From a virus (Duplodnaviria > Caudoviricetes): a stretch of 28,171 bases of DNA. Made by a program: the position numbers and the translations under genes. Location: positions 1-28,171 of the IMG/VR virus record IMGVR_UViG_3300025816_000057. The stretch is one strand, 5' to 3'. The number at the start of each line of letters is the position of its first letter. The first letter of the stretch is position 1. The notes beneath the pieces are model-generated. The model saw only the letters and a program-made list of their open reading frames with translations, had not been told where the DNA came from and made no database searches. Shown here one piece after another: positions 17,834-26,021 of this stretch.

Positions 17834-19312
17834 TTACCCGTTAACTACTTTAAAGTAATATTTTTCATCCATTATAATCACATTATTGTCTATATTTGTT
17901 TGTATCAATATTTGATAGTTTCTTTCTGGTTGTAAACCATTCATATAGACAGTAAAATAACTACCTGTTGGATCACAACTTATTTGAGTATTTTGTGTAT
18001 CAAAATCTACAACAAACTCATTGGTTTCCAAATCTTTTATAGCATAATATGATGATGATGGTAAAGCTTGGTTTTGTGTATAAATAGATTCAGTTGTATA
18101 AACTCTCACAGGGAACTGTGGTCTACAGTTTAATCTAAATTGATTAATACTTTCACTATAAAATATACCTTGATTATCATCTAAAGCAACAAATAAATCT
18201 GGTGTTGAAACCGTTTCTAACTGTGTAATATCATATGTTGATAAAGTAACTGTTGCAGGAGTTAAAGATCCTGTTATATCAGGTAAGGCATCTAATTGTT
18301 CTATTGACCAAGTTAAAGTTTCACCTGCTACATATCCTAATCCTATTTCTTTTACATATACATTTAACATAGAGGCACTATTAAAAGTAGCTCCAAAAGT
18401 AGCTCCACTACCTGCACCTGTGTAAGTAGGATCATTAGGTAAAGATTGTGTAAATGAACAAGATATAGAACTTGTTAATTCATTTATTGGATATGACCCA
18501 GTTAATATTCTATTAGGTTTTAAATCACCACTACTAGTACTATATGTAAAATCTCTCCATTTTATATCTAACTCAGGTGGGTATATAGTATTTGTGTCTA
18601 CTGAATAAAAACTTAGTTGAGGAGTTACAGCACTTGATGTTACAAACTCTGTTGAATCTTCCCATTTAACTATAAAACCTTCATTTGCTATAGGAGTTAA
18701 AACACCAATAAGATCATTAGATGATGAATACCATACTTTAACAATATCAGTTACCTCTGTATTTAAATCTTTATCGCTTCTAAGATTAAAGATTTGGGAT
18801 GATTCTAAACTTCCTATACCATCGTACCCACCTGATCCTGTCCACCAGTTACATCCTCCTTCATTATTACTTCCAGAATAAGAACCAGTAGTAAGATCTT
18901 CATAAAATCCTTGTATGGGCCATTTATTTGATCCTGAATAATCACTAAATACCCAACTTACACCTGTTGTATTTTGTTTTTGATCTAAATATTGACCTGA
19001 TCCATTATTCCAAGAACCAGAAATAGGATAAACATTAACTTTAGATTCTAAAATAACATTATCTGCTTTAGCAATGAATAGTTTTAGACTAGCTGTAAAG
19101 TTAAGAGAACTAGTTACAGATGCTACATTTTGTATTACATCATTTATTTGTGATTGATCAAACTTGATTAATGATCTAGCTACATTAGATATTGGATTGT
19201 CATTAGTTACAAAATTTGATACATCCAATATAGGATCTAATCCAGTATTCATAGCAGGTTGTGCACTATAAATAGATGCATCCTGGGTTGGAAATAGTTT
19301 ATATACTGCCAT
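17834..19312 (-). CDS. DNRLRE-like (CBM96/disaggregatase-related) domain virion protein (492 aa)
   Basis: Motif series DASIYSAQPAMNTG / RSLIKFD / ASLKLF / VYPISGSWNNG / VSW / EVTDIVKVW / NEGFIVK / FYSVD / PELDI is typical of this fold. Confidence 0.7.
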   Translation of the reverse strand: MAVYKLFPTQDASIYSAQPAMNTGLDPILDVSNFVTNDNPISNVARSLIKFDQSQINDVIQNVASVTSSLNFTASLKLFIAKADNVILESKVNVYPISGSWNNGSGQYLDQKQNTTGVSWVFSDYSGSNKWPIQGFYEDLTTGSYSGSNNEGGCNWWTGSGGYDGIGSLESSQIFNLRSDKDLNTEVTDIVKVWYSSSNDLIGVLTPIANEGFIVKWEDSTEFVTSSAVTPQLSFYSVDTNTIYPPELDIKWRDFTYSTSSGDLKPNRILTGSYPINELTSSISCSFTQSLPNDPTYTGAGSGATFGATFNSASMLNVYVKEIGLGYVAGETLTWSIEQLDALPDITGSLTPATVTLSTYDITQLETVSTPDLFVALDDNQGIFYSESINQFRLNCRPQFPVRVYTTESIYTQNQALPSSSYYAIKDLETNEFVVDFDTQNTQISCDPTGSYFTVYMNGLQPERNYQILIQTNIDNNVIIMDEKYYFKVVNG

Positions 19313-19330
19313 AGTTTTAAAATATTCTAT

Positions 19331-21187
19331 TTAAAATAGTGTAACAACCCTTCCTTTAATATCATTATCTGGGTATTTTAACTCAAATATGCTAGGATCT
19401 AGTGATGGAAATATTGTTCCATTTTGTAAAGCTCCATTCATATCATAAGCATATTTTGAATAACCTTGAGAAGTACCTGCTACATTATTTAGATTTACTT
19501 GTTTAACCGTTTGTACTCCTTCTACTTGATCTAATAATACAAAAAGATTTGCTATAATAATAGGTTGATTAATCTGCCATTTATCTATAGAAAAATAATC
19601 TTTTAATGCTAAAATACATTCCTCTATTACTTGATTACCATTATAATCAGGAAAAGTAATAATTTCAAAATCAACATTAAAGTTTATTACAAAGGCATTT
19701 TTGATACTAATAGTATCACTAATCATTCTATATTGATTAATGTATGTTTTTACATTTTCTTTTAACGCCTGTGATGCTGTTGTTAGTTTACCATTTAAAT
19801 CCGATGATAATAGATAAATATCTAATGTAGCACTAGGACCATCATTTATATCTTCTACTAAAGGTTTTTGTGCCCAAGCTTTAGAAATAACTCCATATTT
19901 AGGAGGCATACTTAATGCTCTAATCAAATAATCATTAGAGGTTACATTTCTAAGTTGTGTTGGAAAGTTAGAAATAGAGTTTTGTCTTATTTCCTCTATT
20001 GTATCCCCATCTTGACCACCAGAAGCTGCTATTGGGTTATTTGTAGCTATAGAATCAAATACATACTGAGCTGTTGTAGGATCTAATCCACTTTTTAAAA
20101 ACTGAATAGTACTAGTAGTAGGATTAGTTAATGTGTTAGATGGTATGTTTGATTGAACTCCACCTCCAGTATAATATCTAATAGTTAAAGTAGTATTACT
20201 AGGTGCAATACCATAAGTGTTGGTAAATACAAAATTAGTAGGACTATAAGCTGTTGTTAACTTACTTTGCCCAAATGGTAAACCTAAACCTACATTATCA
20301 GGATTAGGTATTACATTCTCTGTAGTTTCTGTTGGTGAACCTGCTCCAAACTGTAGTTGTAAAGTATTTGCATTTAAAAATCTTGTAGCAAATCTAGTTT
20401 GTACTCTTTTTGTTTGTAAGATATAAGGTGTATCTGCGTCTGTATAAGTATTAGGGTCATTAGTATTAACATTTTTTATACCAATATAAACTGCATCTTG
20501 ACCTAAATAATCTACTTCATACCATTGGTTACCATTTGAATCAAATACATCAATAATATTTGAAAGATTAGTTCCATTTATTTCTGTAGTAGCAAACTCT
20601 TCAGGAGCACCAAATGTTACTGATGTATTATTAATAACACCACTAAATGCTCTTCTAGTTTTCTTTAATAAGTAATAAGTAGGATTACCAGCTGAAACTT
20701 GTGCTACTGATACTATTGTAGGATCTAAAGAGTTAGATACTGAAAAATCAATAGGTTCATCTGTTGTAAAAGATGTAGGACTTCCTGCTGTTGTACTAAT
20801 AACTGTATTTTGATTTACATATAAAGCATAATCAAAATCAGGTACATAAGCACTACCTGATAGTTTAGAAGGTACTTGTTGGAAAAAATCTACTGAGGTA
20901 GTAGCTAAACCTGTTGCTTTAGGTTTGTACCCGTACATATAAGCTAAATCATATAGATTATCATCCTGTCTAGCATACTGAAGGTATGTTTCTTGGACTT
21001 GATTATCTAAATAAAAAGATAGAACATCACCTACATAAGCAGCTTGTTCTATAAACATCATACCTGGAGATGTTTCTGTAAAATCTGTATATGTGGTTGG
21101 AAAATAAGTTTGTGAGTAGTTTATTAGTGTATTTCTATACTCAGCAAAATCTTTATTTATATAGTTTATGTCTCTTCTGATTGCCAT
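19331..21187 (-). CDS. Baseplate wedge subunit (T4 gp6 / baseplate J-like)
   Basis: NKDFAEYRNTL...TDFTETSPGMMFIEQAAYVGDVLSFYLD...ETYLQYA...LAYMYGYKP; ASGGQDGDTIEEIR...QLRNVTSNDY; adjacent to the gp25-like gene. Confidence 0.92.
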   Translation of the reverse strand: MAIRRDINYINKDFAEYRNTLINYSQTYFPTTYTDFTETSPGMMFIEQAAYVGDVLSFYLDNQVQETYLQYARQDDNLYDLAYMYGYKPKATGLATTSVDFFQQVPSKLSGSAYVPDFDYALYVNQNTVISTTAGSPTSFTTDEPIDFSVSNSLDPTIVSVAQVSAGNPTYYLLKKTRRAFSGVINNTSVTFGAPEEFATTEINGTNLSNIIDVFDSNGNQWYEVDYLGQDAVYIGIKNVNTNDPNTYTDADTPYILQTKRVQTRFATRFLNANTLQLQFGAGSPTETTENVIPNPDNVGLGLPFGQSKLTTAYSPTNFVFTNTYGIAPSNTTLTIRYYTGGGVQSNIPSNTLTNPTTSTIQFLKSGLDPTTAQYVFDSIATNNPIAASGGQDGDTIEEIRQNSISNFPTQLRNVTSNDYLIRALSMPPKYGVISKAWAQKPLVEDINDGPSATLDIYLLSSDLNGKLTTASQALKENVKTYINQYRMISDTISIKNAFVINFNVDFEIITFPDYNGNQVIEECILALKDYFSIDKWQINQPIIIANLFVLLDQVEGVQTVKQVNLNNVAGTSQGYSKYAYDMNGALQNGTIFPSLDPSIFELKYPDNDIKGRVVTLF

Positions 21188-21594
21188 TATGCGAAGTTTA
21201 ATTCTAAATCATCATTAATTGTAGTGTTTATAACTGAGTAGAATATTTGTACTGTAATTGAATTATTATCTGGATTAGATAATACATTTAACTCTTGAAC
21301 ATTAACATTTGGAAAAAATGTACTTATTTTATCAGCAACATCCTCTTTTAAAAAATCTAAATTATTTTCTGTTATTTGGGTAAATATGAACTCCCTTAAC
21401 CCACCACCAAACTCAGGATTACCTGGTCTTTCTCCCACATTAGTAAGAAAAAAGTTTATTAGATTACTTTTAATAGCTTCCTTAGTAGTATAATTAGGGG
21501 TAAATACACCACCAGAGCTAAAAGGGAGACTAACTCCAATACCAACTCTTGGCCTTGTATCATTAGGAAATTTCTGTACTGCTCCAAATGCCAT
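21187..21594 (-). CDS. Baseplate wedge / sheath initiator (T4 gp25 / gpW-like)
   Basis: IKSNLINFFLTNVGERPGNPEFGGGLREFIF matches the gp25 'L.T..GER...P.FG..L...F' signature; 135 aa; TAATG-coupled to the gp6-like gene. Confidence 0.93.
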   Translation of the reverse strand: MAFGAVQKFPNDTRPRVGIGVSLPFSSGGVFTPNYTTKEAIKSNLINFFLTNVGERPGNPEFGGGLREFIFTQITENNLDFLKEDVADKISTFFPNVNVQELNVLSNPDNNSITVQIFYSVINTTINDDLELNFA

Positions 21595-21598
21595 TTTA

Positions 21599-21949
21599 TT
21601 ATACTTTACCTTTCATTAAATTCATAATTTGACCCATATCTACTTCTCCTGTTGGGAGTTGGCTATCAGGGGATGCTGTATTAGTATTAGTTACTTGCAT
21701 AGGCACATTTGATGAAGTTGCCTTTATGGTACCATTTGCATCAGGCATCATATTACCTAATACATTTTGAATGTTTTCTCTCATAGCTAACCTATTATCT
21801 TCTGGCATAGGAGTATTTTGAGGAGCAGGGGTTGTAGTAATCACTTGTTGAGGTGATCTTACTGCTTCCATAAGGATGTCTTTCATCTCTTCTTGAATAG
21901 CTTCTTTAACTGCTTCTTTTACAACGGATTTTAGTTCACTTAGTTTCAT
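21599..21949 (-). CDS. Hypothetical protein (116 aa), N-terminal amphipathic helix and low-complexity tail
   Basis: MKLSELKSVVKEAVKEAIQEEMKDILMEA followed by a Pro/Thr/Met-rich, probably disordered region. Confidence 0.75.
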   Translation of the reverse strand: MKLSELKSVVKEAVKEAIQEEMKDILMEAVRSPQQVITTTPAPQNTPMPEDNRLAMRENIQNVLGNMMPDANGTIKATSSNVPMQVTNTNTASPDSQLPTGEVDMGQIMNLMKGKV

Positions 21950-21966
21950 ATCTTAGTATATGTTTA

Positions 21967-21976
21967 TTATAAATAT
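21967..21976 (-). promoter_or_regulatory. Candidate phage late-promoter motif ATATTTATAA
   Basis: In a 31-nt gap, 17 nt upstream of the ATG at 21949, heading the gp25/gp6 block. Confidence 0.6.
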
Positions 21977-21980
21977 TGAT

Positions 21981-23330
21981 TTAATCTGCTTTTAAGTTAT
22001 TTTGAATAATATAAAATGATAACTCATCAATTAATATTTGATCTTCCGCACTAAACGATCCTTCTCCTTTTACAATAGTTACCCCAGCGCTATTTTTTCC
22101 AATAGCTCTTCTTTTATATAATTCTCCTGTTTTACTTTGTTCATCCACTACTACGGAAATTTCAAAACCATTTACATTGGTTACCACTGGGTTACCTTGT
22201 TCTACTGATTCTTTCCCAATAGCTAGTAGTTCATTATTAATTTCTGTCATTTCTAACCCTTCATTTCCTTCACTTCCACTAGCACATCTTTCTATTAATT
22301 CATCTATCTTTTTTAGATATCTTAATATTATAACTAAAGATGCTATTAAAAATACTAATGCAATAATTAATGCTTTTCTTAAATCTTTATTAGCTGTTTC
22401 AAACTTATCAAATAATTCTTTTATACCTTCTAAAGCGGCTACTATAGGATAAACAACTGTAGGAGCTGGAGTAGAAAATATTGCTAATTTACCTGCCTTA
22501 AAGGCAGCGCTAACAGCTAAAAATACAGCTACTAGAGCGGTATTAATAGCAATTACTTTATATATGTTATTTAATTGCTTTACTATAGAGTTTCTTCTTT
22601 TAATAGCTAATTTTAATAAGGCATTACTAGGACATTTTTCTTCACCAGATTGTGCTAATTTTGTAATACCAAAAATAACTAATAATCCTATTGCTAGTGG
22701 AAAAAGTTTATTTTGAATTGAGCTAGTAACTGTTAATACAGAATTTTTAACTACAACAATTGATCTTTCAATAGGATCTAAAACAAGACTAGATACTTTT
22801 TGTATAGCTTTATTTGCCTCATTTTTTAATTCAGCTGCTGCTATCTCTGCTGCTAAATCAATATTAATTAAACCAATAGGAGGTAAATTAGATAAAACCT
22901 CACCATTACCTGTAACAATAGTTTGTTGTTGTGGGGCATAACCATCTATAGTATATGCGAATTTAGGTTGACCTAAAACTACATTAGGAAGACTAGGTAA
23001 AACAGGAACTCCAAATCTTATCTCAAATTCTCCATTTGAATCTGTTTTTATTTCTTTATTACCACCCTCATCAAATTTATATTCTAATTTACCTTCATCA
23101 TTTTTAAAGGATTTCATAGGGTATAATACTTCTACAAACTTTATATCAACTCCCTTTAAAGGTTCATTAGTTTGTTTATCATATACTCTGCCTTTAGTAA
23201 CAAAGGTAGTGATTATAGGTTCATTTTGAGGATCATTTGTTAGTTTATCTTTAAGATTAGATAATACTTGTGAACCTCTTGCAGACTTCATAAAACCAAC
23301 AGCTAACCCTAATAGTAATTCCTCATTCAT
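21981..23330 (-). CDS. Putative membrane protein with carboxypeptidase-regulatory-like domain (449 aa)
   Basis: KGRVYDKQTNEPLKGVDI...KTDSNGEFEI resembles the CarboxypepD_reg-like fold; hydrophobic segments LFPLAIGLLVIFGI, VIAINTALVAVFLAVSAAF and ALIIALVFLIASLVIIL. Confidence 0.7.
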   Translation of the reverse strand: MNEELLLGLAVGFMKSARGSQVLSNLKDKLTNDPQNEPIITTFVTKGRVYDKQTNEPLKGVDIKFVEVLYPMKSFKNDEGKLEYKFDEGGNKEIKTDSNGEFEIRFGVPVLPSLPNVVLGQPKFAYTIDGYAPQQQTIVTGNGEVLSNLPPIGLINIDLAAEIAAAELKNEANKAIQKVSSLVLDPIERSIVVVKNSVLTVTSSIQNKLFPLAIGLLVIFGITKLAQSGEEKCPSNALLKLAIKRRNSIVKQLNNIYKVIAINTALVAVFLAVSAAFKAGKLAIFSTPAPTVVYPIVAALEGIKELFDKFETANKDLRKALIIALVFLIASLVIILRYLKKIDELIERCASGSEGNEGLEMTEINNELLAIGKESVEQGNPVVTNVNGFEISVVVDEQSKTGELYKRRAIGKNSAGVTIVKGEGSFSAEDQILIDELSFYIIQNNLKAD

Positions 23331-23332
23331 AC

Positions 23333-24628
23333 TTATGCTGTTTTAACTGATTTAGAGGTTAGATTTGGGATTTGTGCCTTAATATTAGATATGCTAGTTT
23401 GAATTAAGACAGCAGATGCTGCAGCCGCAGGTATTAAGGGTTCACCACTTAATGCTGTTAATAAAATATTTAAATTTTCTAATAAACTTGAAAATTGAGT
23501 TATAAAAGCATCTCCTAATATTAAAGATTCACTAGCATTTTGTCTACCTAAAGATACTATACCTTTTGGAGATAATAAGTTTACATTTCCTTCTAAAGAT
23601 TTAATACCTAAACCTTCAACAGATTCCATTGCTATTGATTTTTGAGAAGACATTAAAATACTATCAACATTAGTATTGAATATTAATCTACCAGAGTTTA
23701 AAATAATTTGTTGCTGATTATAAGATTGAGGTGATTGTGGTGTTTCTTTTATTATATCAGAAAATGGAACTGAGGTACCTCCACCAGTTGTAGAACTTGC
23801 TACTGATATTTCAATAGGTATTTGTTGAGTAGAAGTTAAATAAATAGAAGATAAATCTGTATTTATATTTTCAGTTATAGGTAACCAACCTGGTTCTCCT
23901 AAATCTTTAGGTTGACCATTTCTTAATATTGTAATAGGACTACCAATCTCACCAGTTGTAGACCAGTTATTTACTACTGAACCTTGTGAGGGTGATGTAC
24001 TACCTAATCTTAAACTATTAGAAAATCTACCTTCAAAAATCTGATCCCCAATAAAGGATAAAATAGGTCTAATATTTCCCTTTTCTATAAAATCACCTCC
24101 ACTATTACCGTTTAAATCTAATTGAAATGGGGTATCACTAGGTTGTTGTATATTACCTAACTCAATAGAATCATTACTTTTATTTTGTGAAGGGGATTCA
24201 GTTGTATTAGTAGAATAAACATCAGGAATACCATTTTGTTCTGGGTGATTCCAAATACCTATAGAGTTTAAATAATAATAATTATATGTTCCTGTTGCTT
24301 GAGAATCACCTGTTGTAGGTAATCTAAATAATATTACTAGCTCATTAACTAATGGATAGTTTTTTAACTGAGGGAATAATGGTTTGGCTAAGTTACTAGA
24401 TAAAGATTGGTTTGAAACTATTGGTGAGGTAGGTGTTGATACTAGTTGATATTGGATAGTTCCTATTCCACCCCACTGTCCTGTTGAATTAAATAACTGA
24501 GAGTTACTGTTAAGAGAAATATCCACTACTCTAGCGGTTACCATCTTATCATTTAAAGTACCTAACTCCTCAGTATTACCAACAGTGTTAGAATTTCTAC
24601 TTAAATATGATATTCCAACCTTATCCAT
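23333..24628 (-). CDS. Putative baseplate central spike/hub (gp5/gpV/VgrG-like, no lysozyme domain seen)
   Basis: N-terminal ARVVDI...AKPL...YPLVNELVIL (gp5/gpV OB-fold-like 'P...E.V'); GDQIFEGRFSNSLRL and beta-strand repeats (QIILNSGRLIFN...SILMSS...VNLLS...IVSLG); positioned before gp25. Confidence 0.6.
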   Translation of the reverse strand: MDKVGISYLSRNSNTVGNTEELGTLNDKMVTARVVDISLNSNSQLFNSTGQWGGIGTIQYQLVSTPTSPIVSNQSLSSNLAKPLFPQLKNYPLVNELVILFRLPTTGDSQATGTYNYYYLNSIGIWNHPEQNGIPDVYSTNTTESPSQNKSNDSIELGNIQQPSDTPFQLDLNGNSGGDFIEKGNIRPILSFIGDQIFEGRFSNSLRLGSTSPSQGSVVNNWSTTGEIGSPITILRNGQPKDLGEPGWLPITENINTDLSSIYLTSTQQIPIEISVASSTTGGGTSVPFSDIIKETPQSPQSYNQQQIILNSGRLIFNTNVDSILMSSQKSIAMESVEGLGIKSLEGNVNLLSPKGIVSLGRQNASESLILGDAFITQFSSLLENLNILLTALSGEPLIPAAAASAVLIQTSISNIKAQIPNLTSKSVKTA

Positions 24629-24630
24629 TA

Positions 24631-24978
24631 TTATTCCTTAGTGGATAGATTTGTATTTAACTTATCAAGTTCAGCTAATAGTTCTTCTTTTTCAGAATCG
24701 GTAATACCCATCGAATCTTCGCTGCCGCTATTATTAATCACGCGCTGTACTATAGTAGCCATTTTAATGAGTTGTTCATCGTTTCTAACGCCAATTTCTA
24801 AATATTCTTTGATGAGTGGTACTATGAGAGTTGCATCTCCAATATCTTGTACTAGAGGTTTGAGTTCTGAGATTAGACCTGATATTTGGTCTTCTTTTTT
24901 CTTTTGATTATTATAAATCTCACTTAATATATCAGAAAATTTCTTTTTTCCAAATACTACACTGTTTAGACCGCTCAT
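24631..24978 (-). CDS. Hypothetical helical phage protein (115 aa)
   Basis: ATG-TAA ORF, predicted all-alpha, first gene after a late-type motif. Confidence 0.75.
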   Translation of the reverse strand: MSGLNSVVFGKKKFSDILSEIYNNQKKKEDQISGLISELKPLVQDIGDATLIVPLIKEYLEIGVRNDEQLIKMATIVQRVINNSGSEDSMGITDSEKEELLAELDKLNTNLSTKE

Positions 24979-24994
24979 AATATTTATTTTTTAG

Positions 24995-25004
24995 TTATAA
25001 ATAT
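24995..25004 (-). promoter_or_regulatory. Candidate phage late-promoter motif ATATTTATAA
   Basis: Lies within CATATTTATAAC (24994-25005), 16 nt upstream of the ATG at 24978, at the boundary between non-structural and structural genes. Confidence 0.62.
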
Positions 25005-25019
25005 GGGAAAAGTGTGAGT

Positions 25020-25730
25020 TTAAAATTTACAATATCCGTTTTCTAAATAAAAATAATACTTAGTTTTAAATATATCGTGTAGTTTATCTGCTACTTTAGT
25101 AATCTTAGGTGTTTTAACATCAACTATTTCGCGAATATAGATGTATAATGCCTTTTTATTGAATACATCTATAGTATCTCTTTTTCTAAATAACTCCAAA
25201 ACTGCATCTGCTATCTGAGCGTCATTCTTTTTAGGAAATAACTCATAAATATTTTCAGTTACGTGATCAACAAATAAATCTATGTATTTACTTAAATCAT
25301 CTACAGTTTCTCCACCTATATCATCCATATCATATGAATGTGGTGAGTTATCTTGTACTAATACATCAATATCTACTTTTTTGATTTTAGTATTGTAGTT
25401 TTTAGTAGTATATAGTATTAACCACCTTTTAACAATAGTACCAAAATAAGAGTATGCCTTAGCACCTCTACTGGGATCAAATAAATGGATTTTAGATAAT
25501 AAGAAAACTATTATTTCATGCTGTAGGTGCTCTAACTCCTCTACCTCAGTATGATAAAACTTAAAAGTATGAATTATATTCTCTGTGAGTTTGAAGAATG
25601 CATAATGTATCTTTTCTTTGTATATTTTAGACTTAAATTCTGAGTCTACAGATGCATTATATAGTACAATAGAGTCTTCTGTCTCTTGAGTAAAATAATT
25701 TTTACTCTTAGGTTTTCTTTTCTTAATCAT
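25020..25730 (-). CDS. Phage RNA polymerase sigma factor (T4 gp55-like, late transcription)
   Basis: NYFT...FFKLTENIIHTFKFY...IHLFDPSRGAKAYSYFGTIVKRWLI resembles sigma region 2 (sigma70 'FDP.RG.KFSTYA'; gp55-family 'FDP.KS.N.FAYFTQI'). Confidence 0.78.
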   Translation of the reverse strand: MIKKRKPKSKNYFTQETEDSIVLYNASVDSEFKSKIYKEKIHYAFFKLTENIIHTFKFYHTEVEELEHLQHEIIVFLLSKIHLFDPSRGAKAYSYFGTIVKRWLILYTTKNYNTKIKKVDIDVLVQDNSPHSYDMDDIGGETVDDLSKYIDLFVDHVTENIYELFPKKNDAQIADAVLELFRKRDTIDVFNKKALYIYIREIVDVKTPKITKVADKLHDIFKTKYYFYLENGYCKF

Positions 25731-26021
25731 TTAATTTGCTTTAAATTCTTCTAGTTTATTTTGAATTTCTTGGATATGATTAAAAAACCATCCAATCTCA
25801 TCATCCCCCTCAAACATTCCCTTTTCATCAATCTTCTTTAATCTTTCACTGGAATATTCTATTTGTTTAGTAAGTTCAGTAATATAATTATCATAATCAA
25901 TTATTATATCCTCTAGTTTTTCTAACTTACGAAGAAGATTAATAGCTGCAAATCCTAAGATTAAAACTAAAGGGGATAAAACCCCTACTAGTACTTCAAA
26001 TATTTCAAATTCAACTGTCAT
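25731..26021 (-). CDS. Small single-pass membrane protein with coiled coil (96 aa)
   Basis: N-terminal hydrophobic stretch VLVGVLSPLVLILGFAAINLL followed by RK and heptads; ATGA overlap with the HD gene. Confidence 0.75.
   Translation of the reverse strand: MTVEFEIFEVLVGVLSPLVLILGFAAINLLRKLEKLEDIIIDYDNYITELTKQIEYSSERLKKIDEKGMFEGDDEIGWFFNHIQEIQNKLEEFKAN

Noticed and set aside
19331-24628. Bacterial eCIS/T6SS/tailocin locus, or giant eukaryotic virus (because of the collagen)
   Set aside because: A gp55-like sigma, phage-type accessory genes, dense single-strand packing and the absence of cellular genes favour a lytic phage, and baseplate genes exclude an NCLDV. Capsid and terminase genes are not in the window, so this rests on inference.
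847-24907. Other short ORFs overlapping long genes (847-1050, 6920-7123, 7060-7545, 7886-8089, 10132-10335, 11894-12088, 14755-14943, 22177-22452, 24641-24907)
   Set aside because: They overlap long minus-strand genes, mostly use non-ATG starts, and show no recognisable motifs.
24631-24978. Possible small terminase subunit
   Set aside because: Only a vague helical resemblance to T4 gp16-like proteins, and no large terminase is adjacent.
25731-26021. Holin or spanin
   Set aside because: A single TM helix plus coiled coil is compatible, but there is no endolysin or lipoprotein partner nearby and the gene is coupled to the HD and sigma genes.
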